A DNA stretch of 63,596 bases, filler included, from Basidiobolus ranarum (taxonomy: Eukaryota): assembly GCA_040143965.1 (NCBI GenBank). It is 43 parts of 43 records of this genome, joined end to end, with 100 filler letters (N's around TTAATTAATTAA, not from the genome) between each part and the next. Parts side by side here need not be neighbours in the genome. Positions count along the whole stretch, not along the records: positions 50,409 to 51,786 come from JASJQH010005365.1; positions 51,887 to 53,264 come from JASJQH010005366.1; positions 53,365 to 54,741 come from JASJQH010005367.1; positions 54,842 to 56,218 come from JASJQH010005368.1; positions 56,319 to 57,694 come from JASJQH010005369.1; positions 57,795 to 59,170 come from JASJQH010005370.1; positions 59,271 to 60,646 come from JASJQH010005371.1; positions 60,747 to 62,121 come from JASJQH010005372.1; 35 more parts are not named here. One strand, 5' to 3'. Shown here one piece after another: positions 50,520-63,596 of the stretch. The notes below the pieces were generated by a model that was not told the DNA's origin, made no database searches, and saw only the letters and a list, made by a program, of their open reading frames with translations. Positions within the stretch are counted from its first letter, which is position 1; each line of letters starts with the position of its first letter. The position numbers and the translations under genes are program-made.

Positions 50520-51522
50520 CATATTACCCTGAGAATTACACTAATAGTTAGACAATTACACTACCTACGAGAGGTTCTTAGTAACTACAACCCTTGACCA
50601 AGAGTTACCTGTAACCAATCAAGGATAGTCAATAATCACTTTTCATGCACTTTCGTCTATACAACTATGAACTATGAAGCAGTGATAACTGATTGGGTCT
50701 GTTTCATGTTACACTTTATCTTTGTTTACTCCAGTTCTTATTGGGTGACACTTGGTATCTCGATCAAAGAAACAATGATCGATCAGTTGCCAAGGTGTGA
50801 AGGGTGAATAACTAGTCAGTAAGGTAAAATTCAGGTAAAATTCAGGTAAAACTCACAGAAATTATAACCTAGAGCGAAGAGAATATTTAGTCATCATAAG
50901 TAATGCATGCAATATCTGACTTTCAATTCCTCAAAACTTTACAGATTATCAAAATAGACAACCAAGTAAAGTATCGGATGGAAATAGCAGAATGTGTATT
51001 GAAATGTGTATTGGATATAACAACATCGGAAACAGATTCACTCATTGAATTTAACCAGCGATGAATTTAACCAACCTTGAAATATCAGAGTGCTTTGTGG
51101 CTAATTCCTAAGGAAGGGATAATACTTAAATAAACTATATGGCTTCTTCTGGTGTCAATGTTCAGAATGTTACTGAGCTATTTTGGTGATTCAGATATAT
51201 ACCCAAGTACTTGAAGTTAGACAAAAATATGACGAGAGGGATGTGGAATACTGAATTTTCTATAAAAAGCTATGATAGACATGAAATAATAGAACTTCGA
51301 TAACTGCGGAAATTCCATCCATCACGGTTTATTATTTTAATCATTTTGAATTAATGATAACATCAGTAGAAATCTTGCGCAGTAGAAATCTCGCGAAGAA
51401 TACTTGATTAATCTTTTATAGTAATCTGAAATTCTCCAAATTCTCTGAATATTGTTTATTGACTGATATAAATACACTGCCAGTCGATTGTTGAAGAGTA
51501 GAACTATCATATACATTTAAAC

Positions 51523-51786
51523 ATGCCAAGCAAAGTAATTTTCCAAAGCCAAGGTATCAAGATTGCCGGAAACCTTTATCTTCCTGAAGATACTCAACCT
51601 AAAAAACACGCCGCTATTGTCATTGGCCATCCTGGTGGAGGTGTTAAGGAGCAGACTGCTGGTCTTTACGCTGAAAAATTATGTAACCTTGGGTTTATTA
51701 CTTTAGCTTTTGATGCTGCTTACCAAGGTGAAAGTGAAGGTCTTCCAAGATATCTGGAGGACCCCGCCCAGAGAGTAGAGGACTTC
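51523..51786 (+). CDS. Alpha/beta hydrolase, YcjY/COG1073-like, 5' part
   Basis: [64 protein letters not shown] at ~51467. Confidence 0.9.
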
Positions 51787-51886
51787 NNNNNNNNNNNNNN
51801 NNNNNNNNNNNNNNNNNNNNNNNNNNNNNNTTAATTAATTAANNNNNNNNNNNNNNNNNNNNNNNNNNNNNNNNNNNNNNNNNNNN

Positions 51887-53264
51887 AACTACTCCCACCG
51901 CAAAAGAGATATCTGGCTGGGTACCAGTCATGGCATAGATCACACTACCTACCATAGATTGATAAGAGAACTCAGGGCTTCCAAATGACATATTTTGAAC
52001 CATATTTAGCCAATTTTCATCATTTTTGATGGGATTTTGACTAGTTTCACACCTGGATCTACAGGAGTTACTACTGGCTTGCAATTCACCATCCTGTAAC
52101 ATCTGAGAATGTCTGAGATATATTTAGATTGATTCAGAGTAATAGATTTGCTCAATATATCTGTATGGATCTGCAGACCTAAAAAATACATAAGTTCACC
52201 TAAATTGGACATCTTGAATTGGACTGATAGATCTCTTTTGATGTTCCTCAGAGCTTCATCATTATTGGTAGCTATAATCAGATCTTCTACATATAAGGCA
52301 AGTATCACCTTACTGTTCTTATCAGTGTTAAAGTCAATCCCAAAATCCACTGTACTCTTATGGAAATCAAGAGATTCCAAGTATGTGTCTATCTTAGCTT
52401 ACCAGGCCCTGGATGATTGTTCAAGTCCATAAAGTGATTTTTGTAGTTTACACACATCCTCAGTGTGATCAGGACACACAAAACCATCTGGTTGATCCAT
52501 GAATATATTCTCTTCCAAGTCCCCATTCAAAAAAGCAGTTTTAACAACCATTTGATGGATAGTTAAGCGGTGTTTTGCTGCAACTGCCAGTACAGTTCTG
52601 ATGGAATTAAACTTTGCTACAGGGGCAAATGTCTCAGCATAGTCCACTCCTTCCATTTGAGAGTATCCTCTAGCCACAAGTCTGGCTTTACATCTTTCTA
52701 CAGACCCATCAGCTTACTGTTTAACTTTAAACACCCATTTGCATCTAATAGATTTTCAGTCATCAGGTAAATTGACCAACGTTCAAGCTTGGTTATCTAT
52801 GAGTGACTGATACTCCTCTGTCATTGCAGCACTCAAAACTTTTTGTTGGGACTCTCCATAGCTTCCTGTACTGATTTGAGCTCATCAGGAAGGGCCAAAT
52901 TAGCACTAGGCTCCTTGTGGCTAGTGTAAGAGTAGTAATCAGGCAGATATCTCATCCAATTGGATTTCCCAAGGTAGGAAATTGGCACTACAACTTGTGG
53001 TACCAATTTTGGTAATGAAACTACCTCAGGCTTAGTTAAGGAGACTGCAGGTGAAGAATTTTCAATGTTTTTCTCACTGATTGGGATCTGGTGAGAGAAA
53101 GAAGAATTTTCATCAATTTTTGATTGTTTTTCTTGATCCTGGAATGTTTTGATTGAAAATTTTTCTTCTTCAGCAAATTTCACATCCCTTGACTTGATTA
53201 GCCACTTGTGTTCAGTGTCATATAGTCTGTACCCTTTTGTTCCATCACAATATCCCAAAAAAAG
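51887..53264 (-). mobile_element. Degenerate copia integrase C-terminus and RT
   Basis: [50 protein letters not shown]. Confidence 0.95.
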
Positions 53265-53365
53265 NNNNNNNNNNNNNNNNNNNNNNNNNNNNNNNNNNNN
53301 NNNNNNNNTTAATTAATTAANNNNNNNNNNNNNNNNNNNNNNNNNNNNNNNNNNNNNNNNNNNNC

Positions 53366-53806
<441 letters not shown>

Positions 53807-54606
53807 ATAATATTAATTTTGGAGTATTGTTCTCAATAGATTTCCAATAAATTTCTCGATTCTAAATTATCATTCACCAGTTTTTTTTATGTGTTATGAA
53901 CATCTCACTAAAAGCAAGTTCTAAGTTAGTCTCTGATCACTAAGCGATGTGCCCAAATAATCAATTTCTTCACTTTCTTAACATGCTAATTGTTAATGAT
54001 AAATCAGGTTAGTGTATATTATCTACAGCTCTATTTATGGCAGATGATACAAGTCAGCTGATATCCAAGTGAATCACTCAAATATTCGATATATTGTGTA
54101 AAACTTGTTTGAAAACTATTGACTAATAGAATCTATATTGTACGACTCTTGTAAACCCACTGCTTTTTTAAATCATTTTTATGCTAAATTGTTCATTTTC
54201 TTTACAAACATCTATGGTATATTCCATTACTTGTTCAGTAACCAACATCAAGTTTACTGATTTCATAATATCTTTAGTGTTGATTTATTTGAGAGTTTGA
54301 TGGGTTCATGTAAATCATACATTCCCATTTCTTTTCAGGAATGAATCTATCAATGGAAATATATAAATCAACCAGATTTATTTGCAAAGATAATGATGAA
54401 TTTTCAACATGTTAAAAACGAATGAACTATATATGGACAAAGGGTTGTAAATGAATATTATAGAAATAGACTCAATTGGATTTTGAACTGGATGAAAATC
54501 TGATGTAAGAGTAAAGTGTATACGAGCAGAGTTTGGGGGAGTAGGGGTAGGGTTGGGATTGGGGAAGTGGTAATTCGAATAAAGTGATGTCCAATTTCAT
54601 TCAACC

Positions 54607-54741
54607 TTAGACTTTGATCAGTTTGGCAATTAAATCTTGGCTGGAAATCGATTCTCCTTCAGATACCGCTACGATATCAACCTTACCTGACACCGGACTG
54701 GATACCACGGTTTCCATCTTCATCGCACTCAAAATACAGAT
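54607..54741 (-). CDS. PYC: Biotin-carrier C-terminus, most like pyruvate carboxylase
   Basis: ICILSAMKMETVVSSPVSGKVDIVAVSEGESISSQDLIAKLIKV* carries the AMKM biotinylation motif. Not in the ORF track. Confidence 0.8.
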   Translation of the reverse strand: MCILSAMKMETVVSSPVSGKVDIVAVSEGESISSQDLIAKLIKV

Positions 54742-54841
54742 NNNNNNNNNNNNNNNNNNNNNNNNNNNNNNNNNNNNNNNNNNNNTTAATTAATTAANNN
54801 NNNNNNNNNNNNNNNNNNNNNNNNNNNNNNNNNNNNNNNNN

Positions 54842-56218
54842 GAGATAATTATTTATTGTCAAGAAATAAAGCATTTATACATTTTGGTGGAAATACAGAA
54901 AACTAATACTGGGGTTGTGTTCAGAACATTGGTGGGAGTACAATGAGCTATCTTTGGGGCAATTTGGACAAGTTTGAAATTTCCAATATGGAATTGCTAA
55001 TTCTCACATTATTGACATATATATATATTATATGTTCCAGTTTTCAGTTAAGTGATATTTGACTAAGTAATGTTAACTAACTTATATGTAATATATGAAA
55101 TAGTTGGGTGTATAAAGATAGAGATAACAAATATGATAAAGATAATAAACATCAACACCAACACCCCAACACTTGAACTTGCCACAGTATATTCCCTATT
55201 CAGTATATTATGTTTCACCCTGCAATATCTATATGAGCTCCATGTGTTCCTTGATCAGACTGAGGTCTGATCAACACCAGTTATCAATAAGGATTCTCAC
55301 CCAAGTATCTTCCCTGTCTAGTCTTGTCTTGCCTTGCCTTGTGGTCAACACCCAAGTACCCTCCTGCTTTCTAGCCTCTTATTGCTGTTTCCAGTCCTTG
55401 TCCAGTTTCTTTTTGTGACAGTTGAAGTATATTCTCCACCATTATCAGTACATATTTTCTTGATTTTAGTGACAGTGTCATTCTCCACAAGTGTTTTAGA
55501 ATCTCTAAAGATAGAGAGAGCCTGTTCTTTTCTTTTTGCAAAATAGACCTAAGTGTATCTTGTATAATCATCAATAAACATGATTAAGTATATTTTTCCA
55601 CCTAACAATAAATTTTCCATAGGTCTACACAAATCTGAATGAATGTTGTGCATCAACATACAAAATTGTTTAACTTACACCATATCTACACAACTTGTTT
55701 GAATATCTGTTTAGTTTATCATCAAAGATAACTAGTTACCTGACCTTAGCCAGTGATCCTATCATGTGACTTATCACATGACTAACTATCTATTTTCTTA
55801 TCCCTTCTATCAGATCATATGACTAATCACATGATCATTATCCAATCAGTATTAACCTCTGAGTCATATACCTAGACATAAGTCAATATGAGTTGCAAGA
55901 TTCTTAACCAATGCTCTTTCACTGCCAAGACTTCAGCTGATGCATGACTCACTTATCTATCCATATATCTATCCAATCACATTATCTTTTATCAGAATTA
56001 GGCATCTAATATCTTGGCGCTGACTAATTCATTTTGCTATCAAAAAGTATAAATAAAGCTAACTGAACCTGTTGGTTTAGTGTGTGTCTCAACAAATATA
56101 GGATCAAAACACTTCTCAGTGTTTCTCAACAAATTCAATATTCCTCTCTCATTTCTATCCAAGCCTAGTATCCACTAGCACCTACAGAACACCAAGCCTA
56201 GCTGCCTAGCAAACCTAC
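54842..56218. mobile_element. Nested stack: LTR-A / LTR-B / copia integrase (55421-55643) / LTR-E with leader
   Basis: Boundaries match the other copies; FIDDYTRYT and TDNGGEY on the minus strand. Confidence 0.85.
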
Positions 56219-56318
56219 NNNNNNNNNNNNNNNNNNNNNNNNNNNNNNNNNNNNNNNNNNNNTTAATTAATTAANNNNNNNNNNNNNNNNNNNNNNNNNN
56301 NNNNNNNNNNNNNNNNNN

Positions 56319-57694
56319 GGTTTGGTAAGGATGTCAGCAAGCATGTCCTCAGTTGGACAGTACTCTAGTAGGACATGCTTATTCTCAATAGCTTCCCTCA
56401 CAAAGTGATGTTGAATTTCAATGTGCTTACTTCTAGCATAAAATTTGGGATTTTTAGCTGAAGAAATACTACTTTGATTATCCTTAAAAATTATGGTGGG
56501 TGAACTTTGAAAAACGCCCAAGTCTTTGAGCAGTTTCCTTAACCACATAGCCTCCTTTGTAGTATGTCATGCTGCATGTACTCTGCTTCAGTTGTAGAAA
56601 GAGCTAAGGTAAGTTGTTTCTTGCTATTCCAAGATATGGCTGCTTCATTATAGAGAAAGGTTTATCTAGTGATAGGCCTTCTGTCCTCTATTTCATGACC
56701 CCAATCTGCATCACTAAATTCAATAAGATCCTTGTTCTCATAAGAATATGTATATCTTAAACCCAGGTCAATTGTCCCCTTCAAATATCTGTAAATCTAC
56801 TTAACTGCAGCATAATGCTCAAATCCTGGGTATTGTAAACATTGGCTGACTACTCCCACTGCAAAAGAGATATCTGGCTGGGTTCCAGTCATAGCATAGA
56901 TCAAACTACCTACCATAGATTGATAAGGGAACTCTGGGCTTTCAAATGACCTGTTTTGGGCCATATTTGGCCAATTTACATCTTTTTGATGGGATTTTTG
57001 ACCAGTTTCACACCTGGATTCATGGGAGTTGCTACTGGCTTAAAATTCTCCATTCTGTAATGTCTGAGAATATCTGAGATGTATTTAGATTGATTCAGAG
57101 TAATAGATTTGCTCAATATATTTGCATGGATCTGTAGGCATAAAAAATACATAAATTCACCTAAATTGATCATCTTGAATTGGACTGATAGATCTCATTT
57201 GGTGTTCTTGAGAGTTTTATCATTATTGGTAGCTATAATCAGAGCATATACATATAAGGCAAGTATCACCTTACTGTCCCTATCTGTCTTAAAGTAGAGC
57301 CCAAAATCCACTTTACTCTTTTGGAAATCAAGTGATTCCAAGTATGTGTCTATCTTGGCATACCAGGCCCTAGATGAGTGTTTAAGTCCATAAAGTGACA
57401 TTTGTAGTCTACACATGTCCTCAGGGTGCTCAGGATCCACAAAACCATCTAGTTGATCCATGAATATATCCTCTTCCAAGTCCTTAAACAAAAAAGCAGT
57501 TTTAACATCCATTCAATGGATTTCTAAGCTGTGTTTTGCTGCTACTGCGAGTACAGTTCTCATGAAATAATCCTTTGCTACAGGAGCAAAAGTTTCATTG
57601 TAGTCCACTCCTTCCATTTGAGATAATCCTTTAGCCACACGGCCGGCTTTATACCATTCTACTGATCCATCAGCTTGCTGTTTAACTGTAAACA
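56319..57694 (-). mobile_element. Degenerate copia RT-RNase H
   Basis: DVKTAFL, LYGLKHSSRAW, SDADWG, SKHIEIQHHFVRE, ADILTKP. Confidence 0.95.
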
Positions 57695-58034
57695 NNNNNN
57701 NNNNNNNNNNNNNNNNNNNNNNNNNNNNNNNNNNNNNNTTAATTAATTAANNNNNNNNNNNNNNNNNNNNNNNNNNNNNNNNNNNNNNNNNNNNTTCTCA
57801 ATTGGAATTTACTTAAAACTTATCAGATATATAGATTTTTTCAATCTTTGGCTAGAAGCACCAAACTTTGCACACATGTTCCTGGGACCTTCCTTAACAT
57901 ATTCTACACATTGGTTTATTTACATCTTGACAAAACTATAAATTTGCCTTTCTACTCAATAAATCAATCAGTTAAAATCACCAATTTCTTTCATTCTCCA
58001 AGCCACTTCTAACAGGCTCCTAAATACTTTAACA

Positions 58035-59170
58035 CTATATACTCCACCTCTATCATCATGTATTTTCTTGATTCCAGTTCCAGTCTCCAACAGTATTTTA
58101 AAATCTCTATAGCTAGAGAGAACTTCTTCTTTTCACTCCATAAAGTAGACCTCAGTATATCTTATATAAACATCAATAAATGTGATTAAATACCTTTTTC
58201 ACCTAAATATAAATTTTTTATAGGTCCACACAAATATCAATGATTTAGATCCTATTTTTTGACAGATTTGATCAAACCAAAGCTCTTGAATGACTGCCTG
58301 GGGCATTTTCCATATACCTAATCCTCACAAATTTCAATTTTGGTTGCAGGGTTAATTTGAACTCCCAAAATTAAGCAATTTTTGATTATTTTTCTCAAAT
58401 AATCAATCCACTATGACCAAATCTCATATGCCATAATTGAATAGTTTCTTGATTGGAATAACTTATACTTACACATAAACCTCTTGGATTATATGTGAGT
58501 TTGATAATTTCTGATTCTTTTCTCCCAAAGTCAAATTACTCCCATTTTGATCAGTAATGGTGCATAATAACTTATCAAAATTGAATTTTAGCCCTTCTGA
58601 GGTGGCCTTACATACAGATATTAAATTCTTGGCAATATCTGGAACTTGTAGTATATCCTTAAGAATATACACTTTCTCTTTGGAAGCACAAATTAAACTT
58701 AAATTGTTCCCATTCTGATGGCATGCAATATATGGTAATATCTTATGAAAACCTTTCTAATTGGGTTTTCTTCATAATCCACAAACCAATGCTTTTCATT
58801 TGTGAAATGTTGGAAGGCTCCAGAATCAATATACCACATTTGAGAAGCCTTGTTAATAGTCATAGATAGAGCAGACATGAACAAGAGATCTTCTGTTGTA
58901 GCCACATATCCAGATTCAGTATGCTTTTCTTCTTTTGCAATTATTTTATTGTAATCACAGATTGTCTCACTTTTCTTCTTAAAATGCTTTTGACCTCTAT
59001 AGTAAGGTTTTGCTTAACCTTATAAAGCATTTTCTTCATTCTTTTGGTTAGATCTTTATTTGCACAGATCTTCATCCAGAAGTCTGCCAAATATGTAATT
59101 AAAGGTCAAATTTTTAGTTCTTGATTCTAGAGTGATTACTAGTCACTGAGACTTGTGTGGCAGGCTATTC
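58035..59170 (-). mobile_element. Degenerate copia gag-protease-integrase
   Basis: WYIDSGA, VPDIAKNLISV, WHMRFGH, DICGP, ITFIDV. Confidence 0.9.
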
Positions 59171-61834
59171 NNNNNNNNNNNNNNNNNNNNNNNNNNNNNN
59201 NNNNNNNNNNNNNNTTAATTAATTAANNNNNNNNNNNNNNNNNNNNNNNNNNNNNNNNNNNNNNNNNNNNGTGTTTCTTTTCCTGGATTTTAACTCTTCC
59301 TTGCGCAGGATTGGTTGCCGGCTTATTGTTTTCGTTTGCTGCTTATGCTCCCAAGCTTTTGGTTTCCGCTGTGTAGTTATTGGTGCTTGTGGATTCATAG
59401 GCAACCATATTAGCCATCAAATTATGTTGTAATGAAGGGCTCTACACGTGTAGAATGTACAGCCTGGAATCCTTAAAAATCTATTCCTAGATATGGTTGC
59501 ATTCATAACGATAGTAGTAACCTAGTAGACAGTATATAAATACATGTAGCAATACCGACATAGGTGGATATCTAGATCTGCAATGTCTTTTAATACTAAT
59601 TATTTGCTATTATAATATGCAATCAAATCGATAAATAAACTAATGATATTCAAGTTTCATTGCTAGTCAATATACTTTAATTATGGTTGCAAATTAGTTG
59701 GTGGAGTTTTGATGGATTAGAAGAGCCTATCCACTCTCTATTTCACAGAATATTCGAACTCTAACTACCAAGATTATTTCACCTGCAGTACTATTGTTAT
59801 GAAATTAGTTTGATATCATTAAAACCGCTGTTTCATCAGTGTGGCCTATGTTAAATCTAATGTACATATCAATTACTTAATCTTATATTTTCAGTCATTC
59901 GAAATTTCCCGAATGCATAGATTGGAGTTTAGCATTCTCACAGCGCCTCTCAAAGCCTAGGAGAATAGAATTAGCCAGTATGTCGTTAGTAACTTGAGCG
60001 TAGTCACTAGCTATGGTTCTGAATTTAACATTCTCCAGATGTTCACTTTTTCTAACGTAGAGGCAACGAGATTTAGGGAACGGCTTTAGAGTAGGATGGT
60101 AATATATGATGCCCTGGCCAAAGAAGCATTTGTAGAGTGGGAGGTCTGTGAATTAATATATACTTTTTTGGCTGATATAAGCAAAAGCTATAAGATATTA
60201 GGAATGGGTCTTCACTCTGACAGATGTTACGAAATTGGATTATCAGGCAAAAAGAGATGGCAATCTCGGAGACAATATAATGTCTCAATCAACTCATTAT
60301 TTTGCACACGTATATTTCATAAGCAAACCTCAACCTTCACCAAGTTTCATGTTCGCATCTTTCCCACACGCCTCGCAATCACCAAAACAGTAAAAGAAAT
60401 GCATATATCTCCAGAACTACTGGACGAATCATTACTAAACTTTAGGGAGATAATTCCATATTATTATTCTAACGTATAAATTTCGAAACGAATCAACAGT
60501 GGAGACAAAAATTACAAGAAATCGGAAACGGGTCGTCAGTGTTATATACATGTTTCGAAATTAGCACACTCCCAAATCCGGCAGGAATAACCCTATAAAA
60601 ATAGCACAATCGAAATAAAGTTAATCAGTCAATTTATCAGTGAATCNNNNNNNNNNNNNNNNNNNNNNNNNNNNNNNNNNNNNNNNNNNNTTAATTAATT
60701 AANNNNNNNNNNNNNNNNNNNNNNNNNNNNNNNNNNNNNNNNNNNNCAAAGTCGTTGCGGATGACTCTCGTCGATAGCTCTCACCACTCGAGTTAAATGA
60801 ATATCAAGCATATACTTGATGAGTGCGATGTAACTGCGCAAAATCTAAAATTTCCTAACTGAAATTCTAGTACCAAGATAGCTCCGCTTTGCACTTCGGT
60901 CCGCTCTCATACATATCCGATCCAATATATATATTACTTACTAGAGTGATTGAGATAAAGTAGTATTTTAACATACATGACTAACCCTAACTGTATTTTA
61001 TCAATATACCAATAGTATATTTTAGCATGACTGCTCCTTTAATCACCGATATGATAATACTCGTCATTAGATCATATTTGTAAATGGATCATCGGATTTA
61101 CTCATCTCCAAAAACGGCAAAGGTTAATGGTAGTTATACATCGGCCCGCTTGGTCCAAGGTCCAGATCAATCACCAAAAGTTAACATGCGCTGCTCCATG
61201 ATATATGGGTAACCAATCGAATACAACGCAAGAATGCAAGAGCCACATATTAAACTCCAATTTGACCGATGCTGACAGTAAAATAGAAGTCTGGCTTACT
61301 CTAATGATTAAAAGTGTGGAGTCAGATATCTATGATAGTGTGTAATTAGTTACGTTTACTCCACAATTGAGTAAAGAAATAAAACACAGTTGAAGAATGT
61401 TTTAACTAATGTAAATAAAGTTTTCGTCAGTCAGAAAGAGTAGAAATCTCTCCTCTGTTTGAAAAAGTCTTGGTTATTGCGGAATATACACCATAATTGA
61501 TGTATCATAGCAAGAAAATAATACCTCATGTAGGAATCGTATCCATAAAACATGATCAACATTAACGAGTAAGGCCTTCGCTAATACCAAACGGTAATAC
61601 CCAAATAGTAATTTTACAAACAGGAGTTGGTATTGTAGCCGTTGCTTCATTGGTAAGAAATCGAACCCCGGAAGTTGTTTTTGTTATATTTGATGTAACA
61701 TAGTAGTTCAAAGAATGATTCGGTGTGAGGTAAATCTGCAAAAAGGAAATCACAAAATGTATCCATTCAAATGGAGAGTATAAAATGGACAGTCATATCT
61801 GGTGCTGAAAACATAGCCATTCTCTCTCCCAAAT

Positions 61835-62108
61835 ATGTTAGGCAAACATAGTATTCGCACCCCACCCTTTGTGCTAAATCTTGTAAAGTAACGCTATCTC
61901 GTTCATCTTTCTTTCTCTCGTTGAGTTCGGGTATTGCTAACATTAGTCATATTGTAGAATTCTTTCTGAACCAAATTATTCACATATGGTAGCTTGGGAA
62001 CGATCAGGCACCAGCTTTATCATTAAGGACTCAATCGAATTTGCCTCTAAAGTACTTCCCCAATATTACGAGACTAGTAAATTAGCCTCATTCACTCGTC
62101 AACTCAAT
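61835..62108 (+). CDS. HSF-type DNA-binding domain protein, 5' part. Exons 61835-61887 and 61958-62108.
   Basis: Spliced MLGKHSIRTPPFVLNLVKILSEPNYSHMVAWERSGTSFIIKDSIEFASKVLPQYYETSKLASFTRQLN; GCTAAC branch point; TATAAAA at ~61779. Not in the ORF track. Confidence 0.88.
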
Positions 62109-62324
62109 GTAAATCTTTGAANNNNNNNNNNNNNNNNNNNNNNNNNNNNNNNNNNNNNNNNNNNNTTAATTAATTAANNNNNNNNNNNNNNNNNNNNNNN
62201 NNNNNNNNNNNNNNNNNNNNNCTTCCATTGTGGGGGCTGGTGTAGACATAATACCTAGTATGTTGGGAGGGGGAAATTTTAAAAACCGCAAGTTTCTCTA
62301 GGAATGATAGAATCACAAAATACA

Positions 62325-63596
62325 AGAGTCTAGTTGTCTTTATTCTCTTCATGTGTGCATATTTCACTGATCAGACATAACTCAACAACATCAATATGCT
62401 TTATCAATAAACTAACAGTGGAAAAATTGCTAAACATCTGTGATTCTGAATAGCATAGCTGAATTTTGTCACCATTCACAATGAGAATAAGCTCTTGGAT
62501 TTTGGCAAATTTCCGGAAAGAATTCAGCCACAAGATCCCCAACTTACAGTCAACAAATGTGCTGCCACAAGTAGATGTGTCATTCCTGGAATAGATTACC
62601 CCATGGATAAAACATAAGTACTGTATATATTGATATATCTCACCAACAAGTCTGTCATGCAGCCATCCTAGCAGTACTATCACATTATCACACAACTAAA
62701 TTTGTGCAAATCATAGAGGTACTTACTCTGTGTCCATAGATTGGGTTTTGTTGTTATTATTGTGCTCAACAATGTGAAAACCAATGAGTACATTGAAAAG
62801 AGCCCTTTGTTTGAATGTTACTATACTCTGGAGTCTCCTTAACCTGTTACATTACATCCACCACTAATTTTGCTGATGCATTGTTGCTCAGATCAAGATA
62901 TGGTAATACTGATGATTTCACACAAAGCATCATTTCATCACAGGTGCACTCCATTGGGAACTCCCAGAATGTATAGGAAGGGCCTATAATTTCTAAGCAT
63001 TGTGAAAGATGCAGCAGGGAGTGTATTTAATACCAACATAGATTCAGTCTATCTTGTTTAAACCTGTAATAAAGTTTTCACATCCAATTACAAAATCTTT
63101 GCACAAATGCTGTATCGGCCTGAGATCTGCCAATGAGAGTTCATGCTATAAGAACTTATTAACAATATCCACAAACAACACCCAATGTTGCCAGTACTTT
63201 TTATGCAGAAATCTTTTCCAGATTCCACTTGAATGCACAGAAATCCAATACTTCCAGGCTTTACATTTGAATAAATCCCTAGAGGAGTGATATTGATAGG
63301 AATCCTGGTAAAATATGATTGTATCTTGTGTTTTCAAGTGTTTTTGTAATCAATTTAAACTTTGGGCCTATCTTGATTGGTTTGTTGAAATTAGATAAAT
63401 AGCAACTCATTATTTAGTAGTTAGTTTATTCATATTCTGATTATTTAGTACTCAATTCTGTCATCAAAAATGTGTGTTTATTGCTCTAACTGATAGAAAT
63501 ATCAATTAGATCACTTTTACCAATTTTCACTATTTTCTCAAAACTTCTCCAAATCACCTCAAATTTTCACCCATGCTTAACAGGCATGTTTGTTAT
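62325..63596. mobile_element. CACTA transposase (-, 62325-63382) interrupted by LTR-F (63383-63596, +)
   Basis: FKCKAW, WQHWVLFVDIV and WEFPME; TGTTGAAATTAG marks the LTR start. Confidence 0.88.

Noticed and set aside
55755..56105. Self-priming in LTR-E (ATAGGATC leader versus internal GATCCTAT)
   Set aside because: Only 8 nt, not conserved in the 28647 copy, and not downstream of a TATA.
59271..60646. ORFs 59219-59404 and 60096-60479
   Set aside because: No family motifs or coding bias that I can support.
61562..61753. Cystatin-like pattern (NYYV..T..C.I.IW..PF)
   Set aside because: No QxVxG motif, no true start, and no room for upstream exons before the HSF gene.

Overview
This window is not a continuous locus. 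It is 43 unrelated short contigs (1387 down to 1375 bp, sorted by length) joined by an artificial 100-bp spacer (N44-TTAATTAATTAA-N44), so adjacency only means something inside a contig. The DNA is eukaryotic and fungal: 56-96 bp GT-AG introns, a division-2 chitin synthase, TOM40, SDH4, Scd6/Lsm14 and an HSF domain. An early-diverging lineage (Basidiobolus/zoopagomycete-like) is my low-confidence inference. About 60% of contigs are dead, nested transposon debris: Ty1/copia, Ty3/gypsy, six LTR families, a CCCTA-ended CACTA/EnSpm element and a PIF/Harbinger-ISL2EU-type DDE element. This debris is almost devoid of CpG, while host-gene contigs keep it. The other contigs carry gene fragments, several missed by the ORF track: tandem subtilisins, tandem PEPCK, PL14 lyase, pyruvate carboxylase, HMCES/SRAP, an HSF-type factor and tRNA-Phe. 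The best leads are: (1) an LTR family with an 11-nt self-priming PBS plus a U3 hairpin that could mask the primer, (2) near-total repeat-specific CpG loss, (3) a chitin synthase lacking the usual ~300-aa cytochrome-b5-containing region, and (4) bacterial-like genes (a YcjY-type hydrolase and a possible GSIII). I cannot support a wholly new multi-gene system. All homology calls are from motif recognition, not database searches.
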